Shown here: in pieces, positions 37,650-63,904 of the stretch | Layout: each line of letters opens with the position of its first letter | Position numbering within the stretch: position 1 is the stretch's first letter | NCBI GenBank assembly: GCA_020137815.1 | Contig: CM035350.1 | Location: forward strand, 9,114,001-9,178,000 | Direction of reading: 5' to 3' | DNA: 64,000 nucleotides | Origin: Hormiphora californensis | Lineage: Eukaryota; Animalia; Ctenophora | The notes under the pieces: model-generated | Databases searched by the model: none | The model's input: the letters and a program-made list of their open reading frames with translations, nothing else | Told to the model about the DNA's origin: nothing | Translations under genes and position numbers: made by a program

Positions 37650-40600
37650 CTAGGGTGCCTGCTTTTTAAACAGCACTGTGTGGCAGTTGGGACATGAGTG
37701 GACGGCGTCCTTGCAAGCGTCAATGCAGAAGGGAATCAAGCAGCACCCGAGGGCCAGGCCAAACAAAAAGAGTCCAACACAGAGAGCCCAAACCATTATC
37801 CCAGCTTCGTAGTTGACCGTCGTCATTATATCCTGAGAGGAGGAGGGGGTTTGGGGTTGTCTTACTTACATTCAAGTTCTACAGTAGGGGTGTGATTTGT
37901 GAGACAGGATTGACCCAGGGGCCAGGAGTGGGATTTAACAAAAATGGTAATGATCATTTCTTACCGCTTGGCAGGAGGTGCACTTCATTTGTGCTGGGTA
38001 CCGTCCAAGATACGCCCGCTGTTGAGTAACTACCACAGTTGTTGTTTGGGGTGGTGGGTAGGCGCCCTGTGGTGGTGGGTAGGCACCCTGGGGCGGCGGG
38101 TAGGCACCGGGAGGGGGTCCTCCGGGTGGTGGATAGGCGCCTTGTGGAGGCGGGTAGGCGCCCTGTGGAGGTGGATAGGCACCGGGAGGAGGGGGCTGAA
38201 ATGGGAGATGTGTGTTAGTATGTTTCCAAGTCTGTCTCACAGACCCTGGAAAGGGATCCTCATATTGGACCCATTATACATATAGATGTGACAGATTATA
38301 CAACAATAGCAAGAGATATCTCATTCGTTAGTTAGGGGCATGGGGCTTGAGAATGGGGAAAAAAATGGTACCAGCCAATTCCTTCACCAATGTGTCCCAA
38401 ATGGTCCCCAGAAACACCAAAAAGTTTTGTCCGGCTCGGGATGAAGGGCAGAGGGTCCATTTCCGGGTTTATATGCATGGCGCATGCGCATCAAATACTG
38501 TGAGGGGGGAATTAAAAATCTTAAAAATTTGAGTTTTGGTCCCGGAAAAAGGGTCTACTCCGACCGGAAATATCGTGTTAGTGGGGGTAGAGCATGTCAA
38601 ATTTATCATTAAACCATTCGCTAATGAGATAATTACATAATTAGTATACTAATTATCGAAAAATCGTAAAAATTGGAGTTTTGGATCCGAAAATGACTCA
38701 CCCCGACCGAAAACCGCGTGTTAGTGGGGGTAGAGCAGGTCAAAATTACCCTCAAACCATTTGCTGATGAGATAATTACATAATTAGTCGACTAATTCTC
38801 GAAAAATCGTAAAAATTGGAGTTTTGGACCCGGAAAATGAGCGTACCTGATACCCCTCAGACCCTACTAGATACTCCTCTGACCCTCCCAGGAACCCCTC
38901 TGACCCTCCCAGATAACCCTCTGATCCTCCCAGATACCCCTCTGACCCTCCCAGATAGCCCTCTGACCCTCCCAGATAGCCCTCTGACCATACTAGACAC
39001 CCAAAGACCCTCCCAGATAGCCCTGTGACCCTCCCAGATACCTTGGTTACGAAGTCACCCTTATTATTGCATGAGCTAGCGCAGAGGGGGAATTTCATTA
39101 CAAACCAGATACCCCACTGACCCTACTAAATACCCATCTGACCGTCCATATATACCCCTCTGACCCTCCTAGATAGCCCTCTGACCCTCCCAGATAACCC
39201 TCTGACCCTCGTAGATACCCCCTGATCCTCCCAGATAGCCTCTGACCCTCCAGATACCCTTCTGACCATCCCAGATACCCTTCTGACCATCCCAGATAAC
39301 CTCTTGGGAGGGTCAGAGGGTTATCTGGGAGGGTCAGAGGATATCTAATAGTGTCAGAGGGGTATCAGGTAGGGTCAGAGGGCTATCTAGGAGGGTCAGA
39401 GGGGTATATGGGAAGGTCAGATGGCTATCTAGTAGGGTCAGTGGGGTATCTGGGAGGGTCAAAGGGCTATCTGGGAGGGTCAGAGGGGTATCTGGGAAGG
39501 TCTGAGGATTATCTGGGAGGGTCAGAGGGTTTTCTGGGAGGGTCAGAGGATATCTTATAGGGTCAGAGGGGTATCAGGTAGGGTCAAAGGATATCTAATA
39601 GGGTCAGAGAGATATCAGGGTGTAGGACCTGAGTATGTCAGTCCTAGTGTGTCATGTGTGATTGCAGTGTGAGTGAATGTGTGAACTGTGTGATTGTTGC
39701 CGTAGGAGTATGTTTGTCCGTTTGTTTATTATTTAGTGCATGAGATTGTGAGTTGCATTTGTATGATTGTGATAGTGATAGCGAGGTGTGAGATGTCAGC
39801 ATGTTTGGTGCAAGTTGGTGGTTATCGGGCTTGCAGTACCTCGGAGTCTGAATGCGAAGCCATTGTGGTTGAGTATTTAAGCTGTGAGATAACTGTGATT
39901 GTTAGAGCACTCTGGAGCGCCATATGGAGTTCATGGTCAGAGCTAGCTCTCCCGGTATCTTCCCCCTTGTACTGAATATCTGGGTGTGCAAGTGATAGTG
40001 TGACGTGAGGAAGTTGACCTGTTCTTTTACCTTCTTTTATCTTTACCCACAAAACAGTTAACTTGTTTAGAACTTTGTTCTGCCACTATGGGAATACCGG
40101 TTAGGACTTGGAGGATATAGACTATACGATACGGCCGATACAGCCTGGACTTGAGTTGATATGTGGTGTTGGGTATAACACACATGAGGTGCAGTGACAC
40201 GGGATATATTGTGTAGTGTGCTGTGTGAGCCTGGGACCACGGGAGAAGGTCAAGGTTACAGATAGGCTCTACAGAGAGACACACACTCACAAATGGTGCT
40301 GTAACCAGGATGTCACCCCAAAAGGGTATATATGGGACGGTCAGATGGGTATCTAGTAGGGTCAGTGGGGTATCTGGGAGGGTCAGCGGGCTATCTGGGA
40401 GGGTCAGAGGGGTATCTGGGAGGATCAGAGGGTTATCTGGGAGGATCAGAGGGTTATCTGGGTGGGTCAGAGGGGTATCTGGGGGGAATGAGGATCAGAG
40501 GGTTATCTGGGAGGGTCTTAGGGTATCTAATATTAGGGTCAGAGGGGTACCTGGGAGGATCAGAGGGCTTTCTGGGAGGATCAGAGGGGTATCTGCGAGG

Positions 40601-41437
40601 GTCACAGGGCTATCTGGGAGGGTCTTTGGGTGTCTAGTTGGGTCAGAGGGTTATATGGGAGGATCAGAGGTTTATCTGGGAGGATCAGAGGGGTACCTGG
40701 GAGGGTCAGAGGAGTATGTAGTAGGGTCCGAGGGGTATCAGGTACGCTCATTTTCCGGGGCCAAAACTCCAATTTTTACGATTTTTCGAGAATTAGTCGA
40801 CTAATTATGTAATTATCTCATCAGCAAATGGTTTGAGGGTAAATTTGACTTGCTCTACCCCCACTAACACGCGGTTTCCGGTCGGGGTGAGTCATTTTCG
40901 GGTCCAAAACTCCAATTTTTACGATTTTTCGATAATTAGTATACTAATTATGTAATTATCTCATTAGCGAATGGTTTAATGATAAATTTGACATGCTCTA
41001 CCCCCACTAACACGATGTTTCCGGTCGGAGTAGACCCTTTTTCCGGGACCAAAACTCCAATTTTTAAGATTTTTAATTCCCCCCTCACAGTACTTGATGC
41101 GCATGCATATAAACCCGGAAATGGACCCTCTGCCCTTCATCCCGAGCCGGACAAAACTTTTTGGTGTTTCTGGGGACCATTTGGGACACATTGGTGAAGA
41201 AATTGGCTGGTACCATTTTTTTTCCCATTCGGGGTGAAATTTTCCATTCCCGCCCCTTACTACGTACTTTCGTATATACTTGATATAATATGCTTATAGT
41301 AATAAGACACACTAGGGGATAATAATCCGTGTCCTAATATTATTAGAGCACGGATTATTAATTAGCAATTACATAACACCACCCCCTCCTCGACTTACCC
41401 CAGCTGCTTCATAGGGAGGTGGAGGCGGGGCAGACAT
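37650..41437 (-). CDS. LITAF: LITAF-domain protein, paralog A
   Basis: Exons 41399-41437 (MSAPPPPPYEAAG, contains PPxY), ~37966-38196 (YPPPQG repeats, CTSC), 37650-37832 (hydrophobic segment, CCLIPFCIDACKDAVHSCPNC). Confidence 0.92.
38335..41256. mobile_element. Large foldback element, PIF/Harbinger-like ends, internal 21-bp minisatellite
   Basis: TTA|GGGGC ... GCCCC|TTA; ~0.7-kb inverted arms (~38350-39040 vs ~40590-41230); (ggagggtcagaggggtatctg)n in both orientations; lies in LITAF-A intron 1. Confidence 0.75.
39621..40311 (+). mobile_element. LTR remnant with putative tRNA-His primer-binding site
   Basis: TGTAG ... CTACA (39621-40273), then TGGTGCTGTAACCAGGAT at 40294-40311, resembling the complement of the tRNA-His 3' end; no internal region follows. 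Confidence 0.55.
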
Positions 41438-42244
41438 GGCTGCTAGAATGGGGAGGTAGGGAGTTATATGAAACGGGTAGTTGGGTAGTAAGGATAAAAA
41501 ACAGTTCGAAGTCGGGCAGGGCCCGAGGAGAGGGGTAAATTTATCAAAATTAAAATGGATACACGGATAAACTAAATGTGGTACATCCCATTATGTAACA
41601 CAGGCATGATCTTGAGAGGGAGAGATATTTCAACACAAGATATATATATACTTCTAGCCCTCCTGTACATCTGCTGCTACCACGGGACTCATTATGCCAT
41701 ACCTAGATGAATATAATCAACACCCGAATATCTTCGGTGTTGCTTCATGTTTGTTCATGTTGGTTCTATTTGGGAAGATGTTGGGAATTAGTCAGGATAA
41801 TTCATTAGAGCAATATTTCACAGCTTTTATTAAAACTCAAGTTCTACTAAAGTTATTATTGTTCTATTTTAATAATGTTACATCGGTCAGAATACATGTA
41901 ATAATAATAAATGTAAGTTACTCTGTAAGTTAGTATGTACAGCTATAAGTTTGATGCAATAATGTAATTGTATAATTGATAAAAGAATGAATTTGATTAT
42001 AAAAACATGCAAAATCAGATATAAAACTAATGATTGAAAAGGAATAAAATCAAGTAAGTACATGCAAATCAAATATAAAAGACTAATGATTGAAAAGGAT
42101 AAAATCAATTAAATTATAAACCCTGTTATAAAATACATATATATTCTATGTATAGCTATGCATATTGTAAAATAAAATCAGTTGTTTAATTCTACTTTTG
42201 ATTGGTTCTGTTTGTAATATCGATATTACAAATATCCTATATGT

Positions 42245-42815
42245 CTACATAGGAGACTTTTTGTGCAGGACAGCATTACATTTAGGACAATGATGGACGG
42301 CATCTTTACAACCGTCTATAAAGAGCGGTATAAGACAACATCCGATGATTAGACCGGGAACAAAGCAAAGGGCGATCACCAGGATCCAGCAAAAGCCACC
42401 AGCCACATATTCTACTCTCGTCATAACGCTCTGAGGTAGGGGAAGAGGAGTGAGATTTACTATAGGGGGAGAAGGTGATTATTTCGGATTTTAATTATTT
42501 AATTAGCTATTAGTACATATCCAACAACATTTGATCCCATGTCCTGCTCACCTCGTTGCAGAACCGGCAGACTGTCTGGCAGGGATTCCGACCCATTATT
42601 GGTGCTTGTACAACAGCTTGTACAACCACTGTGTTACCGGTTTGGGGAGGCGGGTAGGGTGCCGCCCCCTGGGGAGGCGGGTAGGGTGCCGCCCCCTGGC
42701 CTTGAGGAGGGGGATAAGGTGCCGCCCCTTGGCCTTGAGGAGGGGGATAAGCAGGTTGTCCGGGGCCATACGCAGGAGGCTGATCCTTATTGTAATCCAT
42801 AGCTGGGGCTGCCAT
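42245..42815 (-). CDS. LITAF: LITAF-domain protein, paralog B
   Basis: Exons ~42552-42815 (PPAY, YPPPQG repeats, CRFC) and 42245-42430 (GGFCWILVIALCFVPGLIIGCCLIPLFIDGCKDAVHHCPKC). Confidence 0.92.
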
Positions 42816-43344
42816 ACTGCAGGGGCTATAAAATAGTTATAGGAATTAGGATACATATAGGATACATATAGGATACATATAGGATACATATAGGATACAT
42901 ATATAGGATGCATATAGGATACATATAGGAATTAGGATACATATTGGATGTTAAAATGGGGGAAGGGATAAAGTAGAGTATGTAGTATTAGTTATAGGAG
43001 GGGTTTAGTTGTTACTAGATGGGCAACTCAGAGCAGGAACATGTCGAATTATAAAGGGGATGGTAAAAGGAGGAAAAACACAAGAAGTACGGGAAAAGGA
43101 TAAATTCGTATAAATCTGAACGGTATCAAAGATAAATCTGTCAACTTGTAAATAAAGATATTATATTTGTAAAGAAGTCATATAATCATATCCAGAAAAC
43201 AAACTACTTATATAAAGTTATAAACTGGGTTTAATAAACTTTTAATACACGACAAGAGAAACTTATTAAGAAACTACCCCTGGTCACAAAAGAAAACCAA
43301 AAAACAAACAAAGAATAATTTTTTATTACGTCGTCTGAAAAATA

Positions 43345-57476
<14,132 letters not shown>

Positions 57477-59299
57477 CAACTTCAGTCCATCGCCTAAAGC
57501 AGGGACCAGGGTTTTGAGATTGAACAACAACAACACTAAATCAGTTTGTCAATTCATTAAAGACTTGTGACCAACTGATATATCGCACACAGTTATAATC
57601 ATTTGTCGCAAGATGTGATAAGATCCGCGAAAGTTCCCGTACCGGTGTGTTCAGCGTTTGTACTTGGAAAGAGAAATGCTTAGCAATCGCAAGCCATTAA
57701 TTTTTGGGCAGACTACATACATATGCATTATGCTACGGCCTACTGGCCTGAGGCCTCACACACGCAATGTGGGATAAAGCAGCGTGTTTTCAGTTGCAAA
57801 AAGCGGCTTTTGAAACACCAGAGTGGGTTGGAATATGCTTACAAGCCCCTCGACAAACCGCGTCACATGCAGTACGATCCGTTAAAAAGTTCAAAGGCCT
57901 CCAGGATACTGACAGGAGACACATAGTGAATAAAACAACAGCAAAAAACATAAATTTTAAAAAAATACTGAAAAGTTCTTCGGTCTGGCTCAGAAAATTT
58001 TTATAAATTCAGATACGCGCGCCGCACCACAGTTTTGTTATACGCTGCAGGTGTTGTACGCGCGTTCGATTCATGATCTCGTTTTTTATTTTGTTGCTGA
58101 ACCAAACAAAAACGGAAAAATCGAAACGCGGAAACAAGACAATCCTCGTGTTATTCTAGCTTATAGCTACCTGGTGTACGGTGTACCATGTGATTTTGGA
58201 GTCGGTAGTCCCCTGTAATCGAATCCACACCGGTGCCAAGTGCTAAGGGTATGTGAAGTGTGAGGTTTGCAGTTTGTCTAGAGGCCCAAAGGCCGATGAA
58301 GGCAGCTGTGTTTGTTTTACTATACCCACTTTTCCGCCGCATTAACAACAAATTCAGCAATAATTTACAACTTACACCAGCTCTTTACAGGCCATGATTC
58401 CCTTACATGCCATGGAACGTCCTCTTCCCATCTGATGGTAACCTGTTTTCTTACCTTCCCCTCATCTACCTTATCTTCTTCTCCTTCATGTTTATTTTCT
58501 TCCGAGCGGTACAGCGCCTCGTTCCAACTACTCCACCGGACAGTGAAATTAATGCACGACCAAGCACGAATTTCTATAAATCAACCATGCCCCATCTCGT
58601 GACGATAGACTCAACCAAATCCAGTCTCAACAGGGGAGTGGTGTTGAGTGTAGAGAGTTTATCTCCCGGTGTGCTTCATTGCTACTGGGGCGTCAGCACA
58701 AATCTCCTTGCCCGAGTCTCCCTTGGCAGTTTTAGAGAAGACGATTTAGCTAGTATACTGTCAGCAAACTCAGTTCAAACATCAAACAAGATAGCTCTAT
58801 CTGCTGGTACCTTTGAGGTAGTTATAAAACCTGAGGGATCACTTGATCTTGGTCCCCCACCACGCCGATCAATACCCCTCGTGACACTCTGTATTTCTGA
58901 TATCCCACCACCCTCCACCACCATCTCCCAGCTTCTATCCACCTTCCACATCAGTGAACCACATGCACCTGAAGCAACACGAAAACTAAACGAGCTAGTG
59001 TGTAACAATGATGGTGGTAAGTGGATGCCTCTTTACCGGTTCTATGAGGCAAGTGATACTAACACCTGTGTGGTTTGCCACGATGCCCCCATTAGTATGG
59101 TTGTCCTGCCATGTCGCCATGCGTGTCTGTGTGTACCATAATAATAATAATAATAAAGATTTTGGCCACACGGCCAACTCGAAATTCACTCTACGCAAAT
59201 TACGTCTAAACTCACTTCCATTTCCCACAATAGTAATTAAAAATATACATTGAAATGTGCATCAGGCACATACATTGACCATTAAAACAGTTCGGTTCT

Positions 59300-62290
59300 C
59301 TAAAACATGTTGGTGTTAATTCCCTTTAATTTAGCTAGCGACGGATTAGCAGACATGTACTCAGCATACGAATCATGATTACAATTGTTATTAATTTTTG
59401 CAATCAGGATTTCGCTCAGCTCCCAGAAATGCCCCAGAGACGGTGCTCCACTCGCAATTGTACTAGCCTTGTACTGCTCCAGGCGTGATTTGAAAGCATC
59501 CACACTGCTTGCTTCCTTCACATTAGCTGGAATCTTATTCCAGTAGTTTGCTACTCGATTGGATAGAACTCCATCCCCACGCCCGTCCTTCAGAATCTTT
59601 GTACCACTGCGTGAAACTCTGAATAGATCTTTTCCGTAGTCCACTTTGCCAGATGTTATCTTGAACGTCTCAATGAGATCACCTCTCATGCGACGCTCAA
59701 GTAGTGTGGTGAGTTGAAGAATTCTCAGTCTTTCGCTGTAGGGAAGTAATCCAATCCCGTCAATTAGCCGTGTGAAAGAGCGCTGTACATCCTCGATCTT
59801 CATAATTAGCTTCCAGTATCCGTGGGCTGCAGGTGGGTTCCATACTTGGACAGCATATTCAATATGAGGTCTTACTAGAGTCCTGTAGACATTCAGCATA
59901 ACAAATTTGTTCCGGCAAATGAGACTTCTGGTGATCCAGGAAATGACTGATTTTGCCTTGGATACTGCCTTCTCGATACATGTTGTCCAGTTCAGGTCTG
60001 AGCTGGTAAGTACTCCTAAGTCCTTCTCAGCACTTACTTCCGGTAGTTGGCAACCATTCATGAAGTACGCGTTTTTCGGGTTGTCTTTACCAATGTGCAA
60101 CACCTTGCATTTCCCATCATTCACATTGAAACGAAGGAGCCAGTCCTGTTCCCACTTGTTCAGCTTGTCGATGTCCTCTTGTGCAGTGTGGTATTGATCA
60201 GAGCTGGTGACCAACTTCAGATCATCTGCAAATAGTGATACAAAGCTTCTGAGACCGCATGGCAGATCATTGATAAACAACAGGAATAACAGGGGTCCGA
60301 GGACCGTGCCCTGGGGTACTCCTGAAGTAACATTGAACCAGTTGGAGAAGGTGGCTCCGACTCTTACTCTGAATGATCTGTTTGACAAGAAGTCCTCAAC
60401 GATTTCAAGAGCCTTCCCATTTACTCCGTAAGCTTCCAGTTTCTTCAGTAGCCTTTTGTGAGGTACCGAGTCGAAAGCCTTCTGGAAATCAAGATACAGG
60501 ATATCCGCAGATCCAGATCCATTGGTAAGAATTTCATTTACAGTGTCGATGCACTCCAGCAAGTTGGACACACATGATTTACCGGGTAGAAAACCATGTT
60601 GCTCCTTCACAATCATCGGAGTTACAAATCCCAGGATGTGATTTCGCAGGACCTTCTCGAAAATCTTAGACAGGATACATGTGAGGCTGATAGGCCGGTA
60701 GTTACTGGCTTTCGATTTGTCTCCTTTCTTGTGTAGAGATGTTATGTTAGCCTGCTTCCATACCTCGGGCAGTTTCCCTGTGTCATAACATGTTTGAAAC
60801 AGATGGGTCACACTCCTTACAAAATCAGTGTTATTTGCTAGTGTCTTCAGAAGTTTTGGGTGGATGTCATCTGGCCCAACGGATTTCCAAATGTTGACCT
60901 TCGATAGCAGCTTCTGTATTTCCCCAGTACTGAATACAAGATCCGGAATTTTACCCTGATCATTGAGACCCGCCTCGAAGGCGGGCATGTGGGCTGTGTC
61001 TTCCTGGACAAAGGTACTCTCGAAGAAAGACCCTAGTTCGTTTGCGACGTCTTTTGCAGATGTCAGAGTAACACCGTTTTCACTTCTCAGACCGGATATT
61101 GCTGCTTTAATCTTCCGCTTGGAGTTCATATAGCTATAAAAAGCTTTAGGGTTATCCTTCAACTGTGAGGCCGCGGAGTTTTCAAACCGTATCATCGCCT
61201 GCTTTTGGCACCTGTCAAACACACCCTGCTTGCTAAGGGCTATGCTAAGATTGCGATGTGTTGGAAAGTTCTCAAACTCAGCCCAGTGTTTCTCTTTCTG
61301 CTTCCTGGCCTTCTCAAGGCAAGGGCGGTCCCACACGGATTTTGTTTTCACTGCACCCGTGTGAGATACACGGATCTTGCTGATAGGTACCAGGTCAACA
61401 ATCTTCATAGCATTGGCATGCATGCTCTTCCATAGAATATCCACTGAGTCTGAACTGCACTCCCATTGTAAATTGTGATTAGCAGCTATGATCTTTTCCG
61501 GGGACATTTTTGACCAGTTCCGCTTCTCATGAGGCATGTACTCCGAGTTGTTGGATATGCGCCAGGAGCTAATAATTCCGACATGGTCTGATTTTCCCAG
61601 AGGTGCGGTCACATTGACATCAGCAAAGATGTTGTTGTCTGACGTTAGGACATTATCAAGTGTTGCTGCCTGTAGTTCATTTAAAACTTGACGCCTGCGA
61701 GTTTTAACACCATCGCCGATAACCCAGGTGAGATCATGTTGCACGAAGAAATCTAGAAACAATTGCTGAATTATATACTTTTGATTAGAGGTATTAAACG
61801 GACATGCGACTACACCTACATCCCACAAAACATCAGGGAGGTTGAAGTCCCCCATCATAATAATTTCATGTTCAGCAGACATTTGTTTTACTGCCACAGA
61901 TAAGCTATCTAACATACATTTATTTTCAATTAGGGACAGTGAAGGTGCACGGTATACAATGAATAGCACAATGGAAATTGTATCAAACATTATTTTGACG
62001 CAAGCACATTCAGGGACATTGATTATTATTTCGTGACACTGAATCGAATCATGAATATAAAGACACGAACCGCCTCCTTTACTTTGCCTATCTACTCTGA
62101 ATAGCTTAAAATTAGCAATAGACACTTCAGCGTCTACAATCTCGTCACTGAACATAGTTTCCGTTACACCAAGAACCTTGCAGTCATTGAGTTTAGCCGT
62201 GAGTTCTAACTCATGTATTTTATTTTTTAAGTCGTTGGCATTTGTGTAATATATCTTGAGATGACTGTCAATATTAGCAGTTGAGTGCAT
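59300..62290 (-). CDS. LINE ORF2: AP endonuclease + reverse transcriptase (996 aa, uninterrupted)
   Basis: YTNA, GVTET, MGDFN, SDH (APE); YRPISL, YLDFQKAFD, GVPQGTVLGP, LFADD (RT); CR1-type LERRMRGDLIETFKI. Confidence 0.95.
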   Translation of the reverse strand: MHSTANIDSHLKIYYTNANDLKNKIHELELTAKLNDCKVLGVTETMFSDEIVDAEVSIANFKLFRVDRQSKGGGSCLYIHDSIQCHEIIINVPECACVKIMFDTISIVLFIVYRAPSLSLIENKCMLDSLSVAVKQMSAEHEIIMMGDFNLPDVLWDVGVVACPFNTSNQKYIIQQLFLDFFVQHDLTWVIGDGVKTRRRQVLNELQAATLDNVLTSDNNIFADVNVTAPLGKSDHVGIISSWRISNNSEYMPHEKRNWSKMSPEKIIAANHNLQWECSSDSVDILWKSMHANAMKIVDLVPISKIRVSHTGAVKTKSVWDRPCLEKARKQKEKHWAEFENFPTHRNLSIALSKQGVFDRCQKQAMIRFENSAASQLKDNPKAFYSYMNSKRKIKAAISGLRSENGVTLTSAKDVANELGSFFESTFVQEDTAHMPAFEAGLNDQGKIPDLVFSTGEIQKLLSKVNIWKSVGPDDIHPKLLKTLANNTDFVRSVTHLFQTCYDTGKLPEVWKQANITSLHKKGDKSKASNYRPISLTCILSKIFEKVLRNHILGFVTPMIVKEQHGFLPGKSCVSNLLECIDTVNEILTNGSGSADILYLDFQKAFDSVPHKRLLKKLEAYGVNGKALEIVEDFLSNRSFRVRVGATFSNWFNVTSGVPQGTVLGPLLFLLFINDLPCGLRSFVSLFADDLKLVTSSDQYHTAQEDIDKLNKWEQDWLLRFNVNDGKCKVLHIGKDNPKNAYFMNGCQLPEVSAEKDLGVLTSSDLNWTTCIEKAVSKAKSVISWITRSLICRNKFVMLNVYRTLVRPHIEYAVQVWNPPAAHGYWKLIMKIEDVQRSFTRLIDGIGLLPYSERLRILQLTTLLERRMRGDLIETFKITSGKVDYGKDLFRVSRSGTKILKDGRGDGVLSNRVANYWNKIPANVKEASSVDAFKSRLEQYKASTIASGAPSLGHFWELSEILIAKINNNCNHDSYAEYMSANPSLAKLKGINTNMF

Positions 62291-63366
62291 TAAAGTCCTT
62301 GCGTCACAACGATGGCGGAGTTTCCCGAATCTGGTGCGGTACCCCCATCTTCTCTTCTCCTGGCCCGATCCTTCCTCTTCGCCCTTGCCCGCCAGTTTGC
62401 CTTCCTTTCCGCCCGAGTCAGGTCGGGGTTCACCCAGTAAATCACTCCATCAACAATTAGTCTATCTCCGTTACCATATTTGTGCTTAGACTTGGCCAGC
62501 TCAGGAGTCTCCAAGATAACAATTAGGGGTCGTGGTCCCTCTTTATCCTTGTTTGAGCCTGTCCCGATCGGGGGACCAGCTCGGTAGCAAGTTAGTACCT
62601 GGTTTCTCCGTATCTGCAGTAATTCACTGGTAAACACTGCATCAGCTTCCTCCCTATCCTTGGATTCAGGAAGAGAACTTTCAGGAATGTTGACAATTGT
62701 CACGTTCCGGACTCTCCTCTCTTTTTCAAACTGATCGTCCTCTTGTCGGGCTGTAGTCTTAGCGACAATTTCGTTCTGGCTCTCCTGCAGGGCAGAAGAT
62801 AGACTTTCGTCGAAACACTTCTTTGTTTCCTTTTTGATGATGTTCTGGGAGTTATTAACAACCTCAGCAAATGTCTTCTTCATTTTATCGGTGTTCACGA
62901 TCTTGTTCACAGCTTCAGTCATTACCTCCTTCAGGTTGTCCTTTACTGCATCCTTGATCTCCTTCTTCATGGTAACATCAACTTGAGAATGGGCTGGATC
63001 AGGGAGGTCCCGCTTGAATTCGGTCAGCATTTCCTGGACCTTATCAGTTACCTTGCTGTAGTCTGTTAACTTCTCATTCACCTTCCAAAGATCTGCATTC
63101 TTCGCTGTCAAGACACTTACCTCTCCATTCAAGTCTGTATTTTCTTTCTGCAGTTTAGCAATGCCCTCACTCCCCTGCAAAACACGGTGGATTGCTGGTA
63201 GATCCCTGTCGAGCACCCCTGTCACCCATTCCATGAGCTTCTTGTACTCCTTGATGGTATCCTCTTTACTTTTTCCGGATGACTGGATCACCTTGTCGAT
63301 CTGCGCTTTAATTTTGGTCAAACTCGTGTATCCCGTATTTGCAGCATTAAGCAGAGTACGGGACAT
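62290..63366 (-). CDS. LINE ORF1 (coiled coil + RRM-like C-terminal region)
   Basis: First ATG at 63366; coiled coil followed by RNVTIVNIPES ... PRPLIV ... WVNPDLTRAER; stop overlaps ORF2 start (TAATG). Confidence 0.88.
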   Translation of the reverse strand: MSRTLLNAANTGYTSLTKIKAQIDKVIQSSGKSKEDTIKEYKKLMEWVTGVLDRDLPAIHRVLQGSEGIAKLQKENTDLNGEVSVLTAKNADLWKVNEKLTDYSKVTDKVQEMLTEFKRDLPDPAHSQVDVTMKKEIKDAVKDNLKEVMTEAVNKIVNTDKMKKTFAEVVNNSQNIIKKETKKCFDESLSSALQESQNEIVAKTTARQEDDQFEKERRVRNVTIVNIPESSLPESKDREEADAVFTSELLQIRRNQVLTCYRAGPPIGTGSNKDKEGPRPLIVILETPELAKSKHKYGNGDRLIVDGVIYWVNPDLTRAERKANWRARAKRKDRARRREDGGTAPDSGNSAIVVTQGL

Positions 63367-63904
63367 ACCCAAGGTATAAGGTTACAGCAACTGTTAAAAG
63401 AACTGGACAAGCACAAGAGAAAATGTTTTGAGAAAACTCTCTCTAAACTCGCTCTAAAACTCTATACCGGTGTCCTATCTGCAGGATGTCAGTAACATCA
63501 TCGGCCAGGGTGTAATGAACTGAGTAGTGAGCTGAGTATGCTGTTTATATTCTGTGTGCTAGAGAGATATTTGGTAATTTGATAGTTGAGGGTTTATTAA
63601 TTTCGACGTGCTTATCCATCATATATTATTGTGTTTCACTGCTGAATCGATAATGCCGGAGAATGGAGAGAGATGTATATAACAGGGTGGTGTTTCACAA
63701 CACATCATGTATTATGATAAACAATTGTCCACATGGAGCTGTTGTGAGGGAGTGGGCGTCTTTCCGAAACTTTTCTTTGTTTTGTACTGCTGTCTTTGTT
63801 TAAATTTGTGTTTTGTTTTCCATTATACATATAGTCTTATTTAACCTCTCGTGTATTTGGCAATTATCTCGGATCTCCCCTCCCTCATAAAGGATTGCTT
63901 CTAG

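Larger units (their letters stand above)
59140..63450 (-). mobile_element. Full-length CR1/L2-group non-LTR retrotransposon
   Basis: ORF1 + APE-RT ORF2, short 3' UTR ending in (TTA)n, no evident TSD. Confidence 0.93.
58407..63515 (+). pseudogene. CGRRF1: CGRRF1-like TM-RING E3 ligase gene interrupted by a LINE (58407-59139 + 63451-63515)
   Basis: N-terminal TM, HCYWGVS motif, RING CVVC..VVLPCRHACLCVP. Joining 59139 (t) to 63451 (gc) restores TGC and gives CSKTLYRCPICRMSVTSSARV*. Confidence 0.82.

Noticed and set aside
38784-40812. GGSEGYL-repeat ORFs resembling structural proteins
   Set aside because: Derived from the 21-bp minisatellite inside a foldback element, present on both strands.
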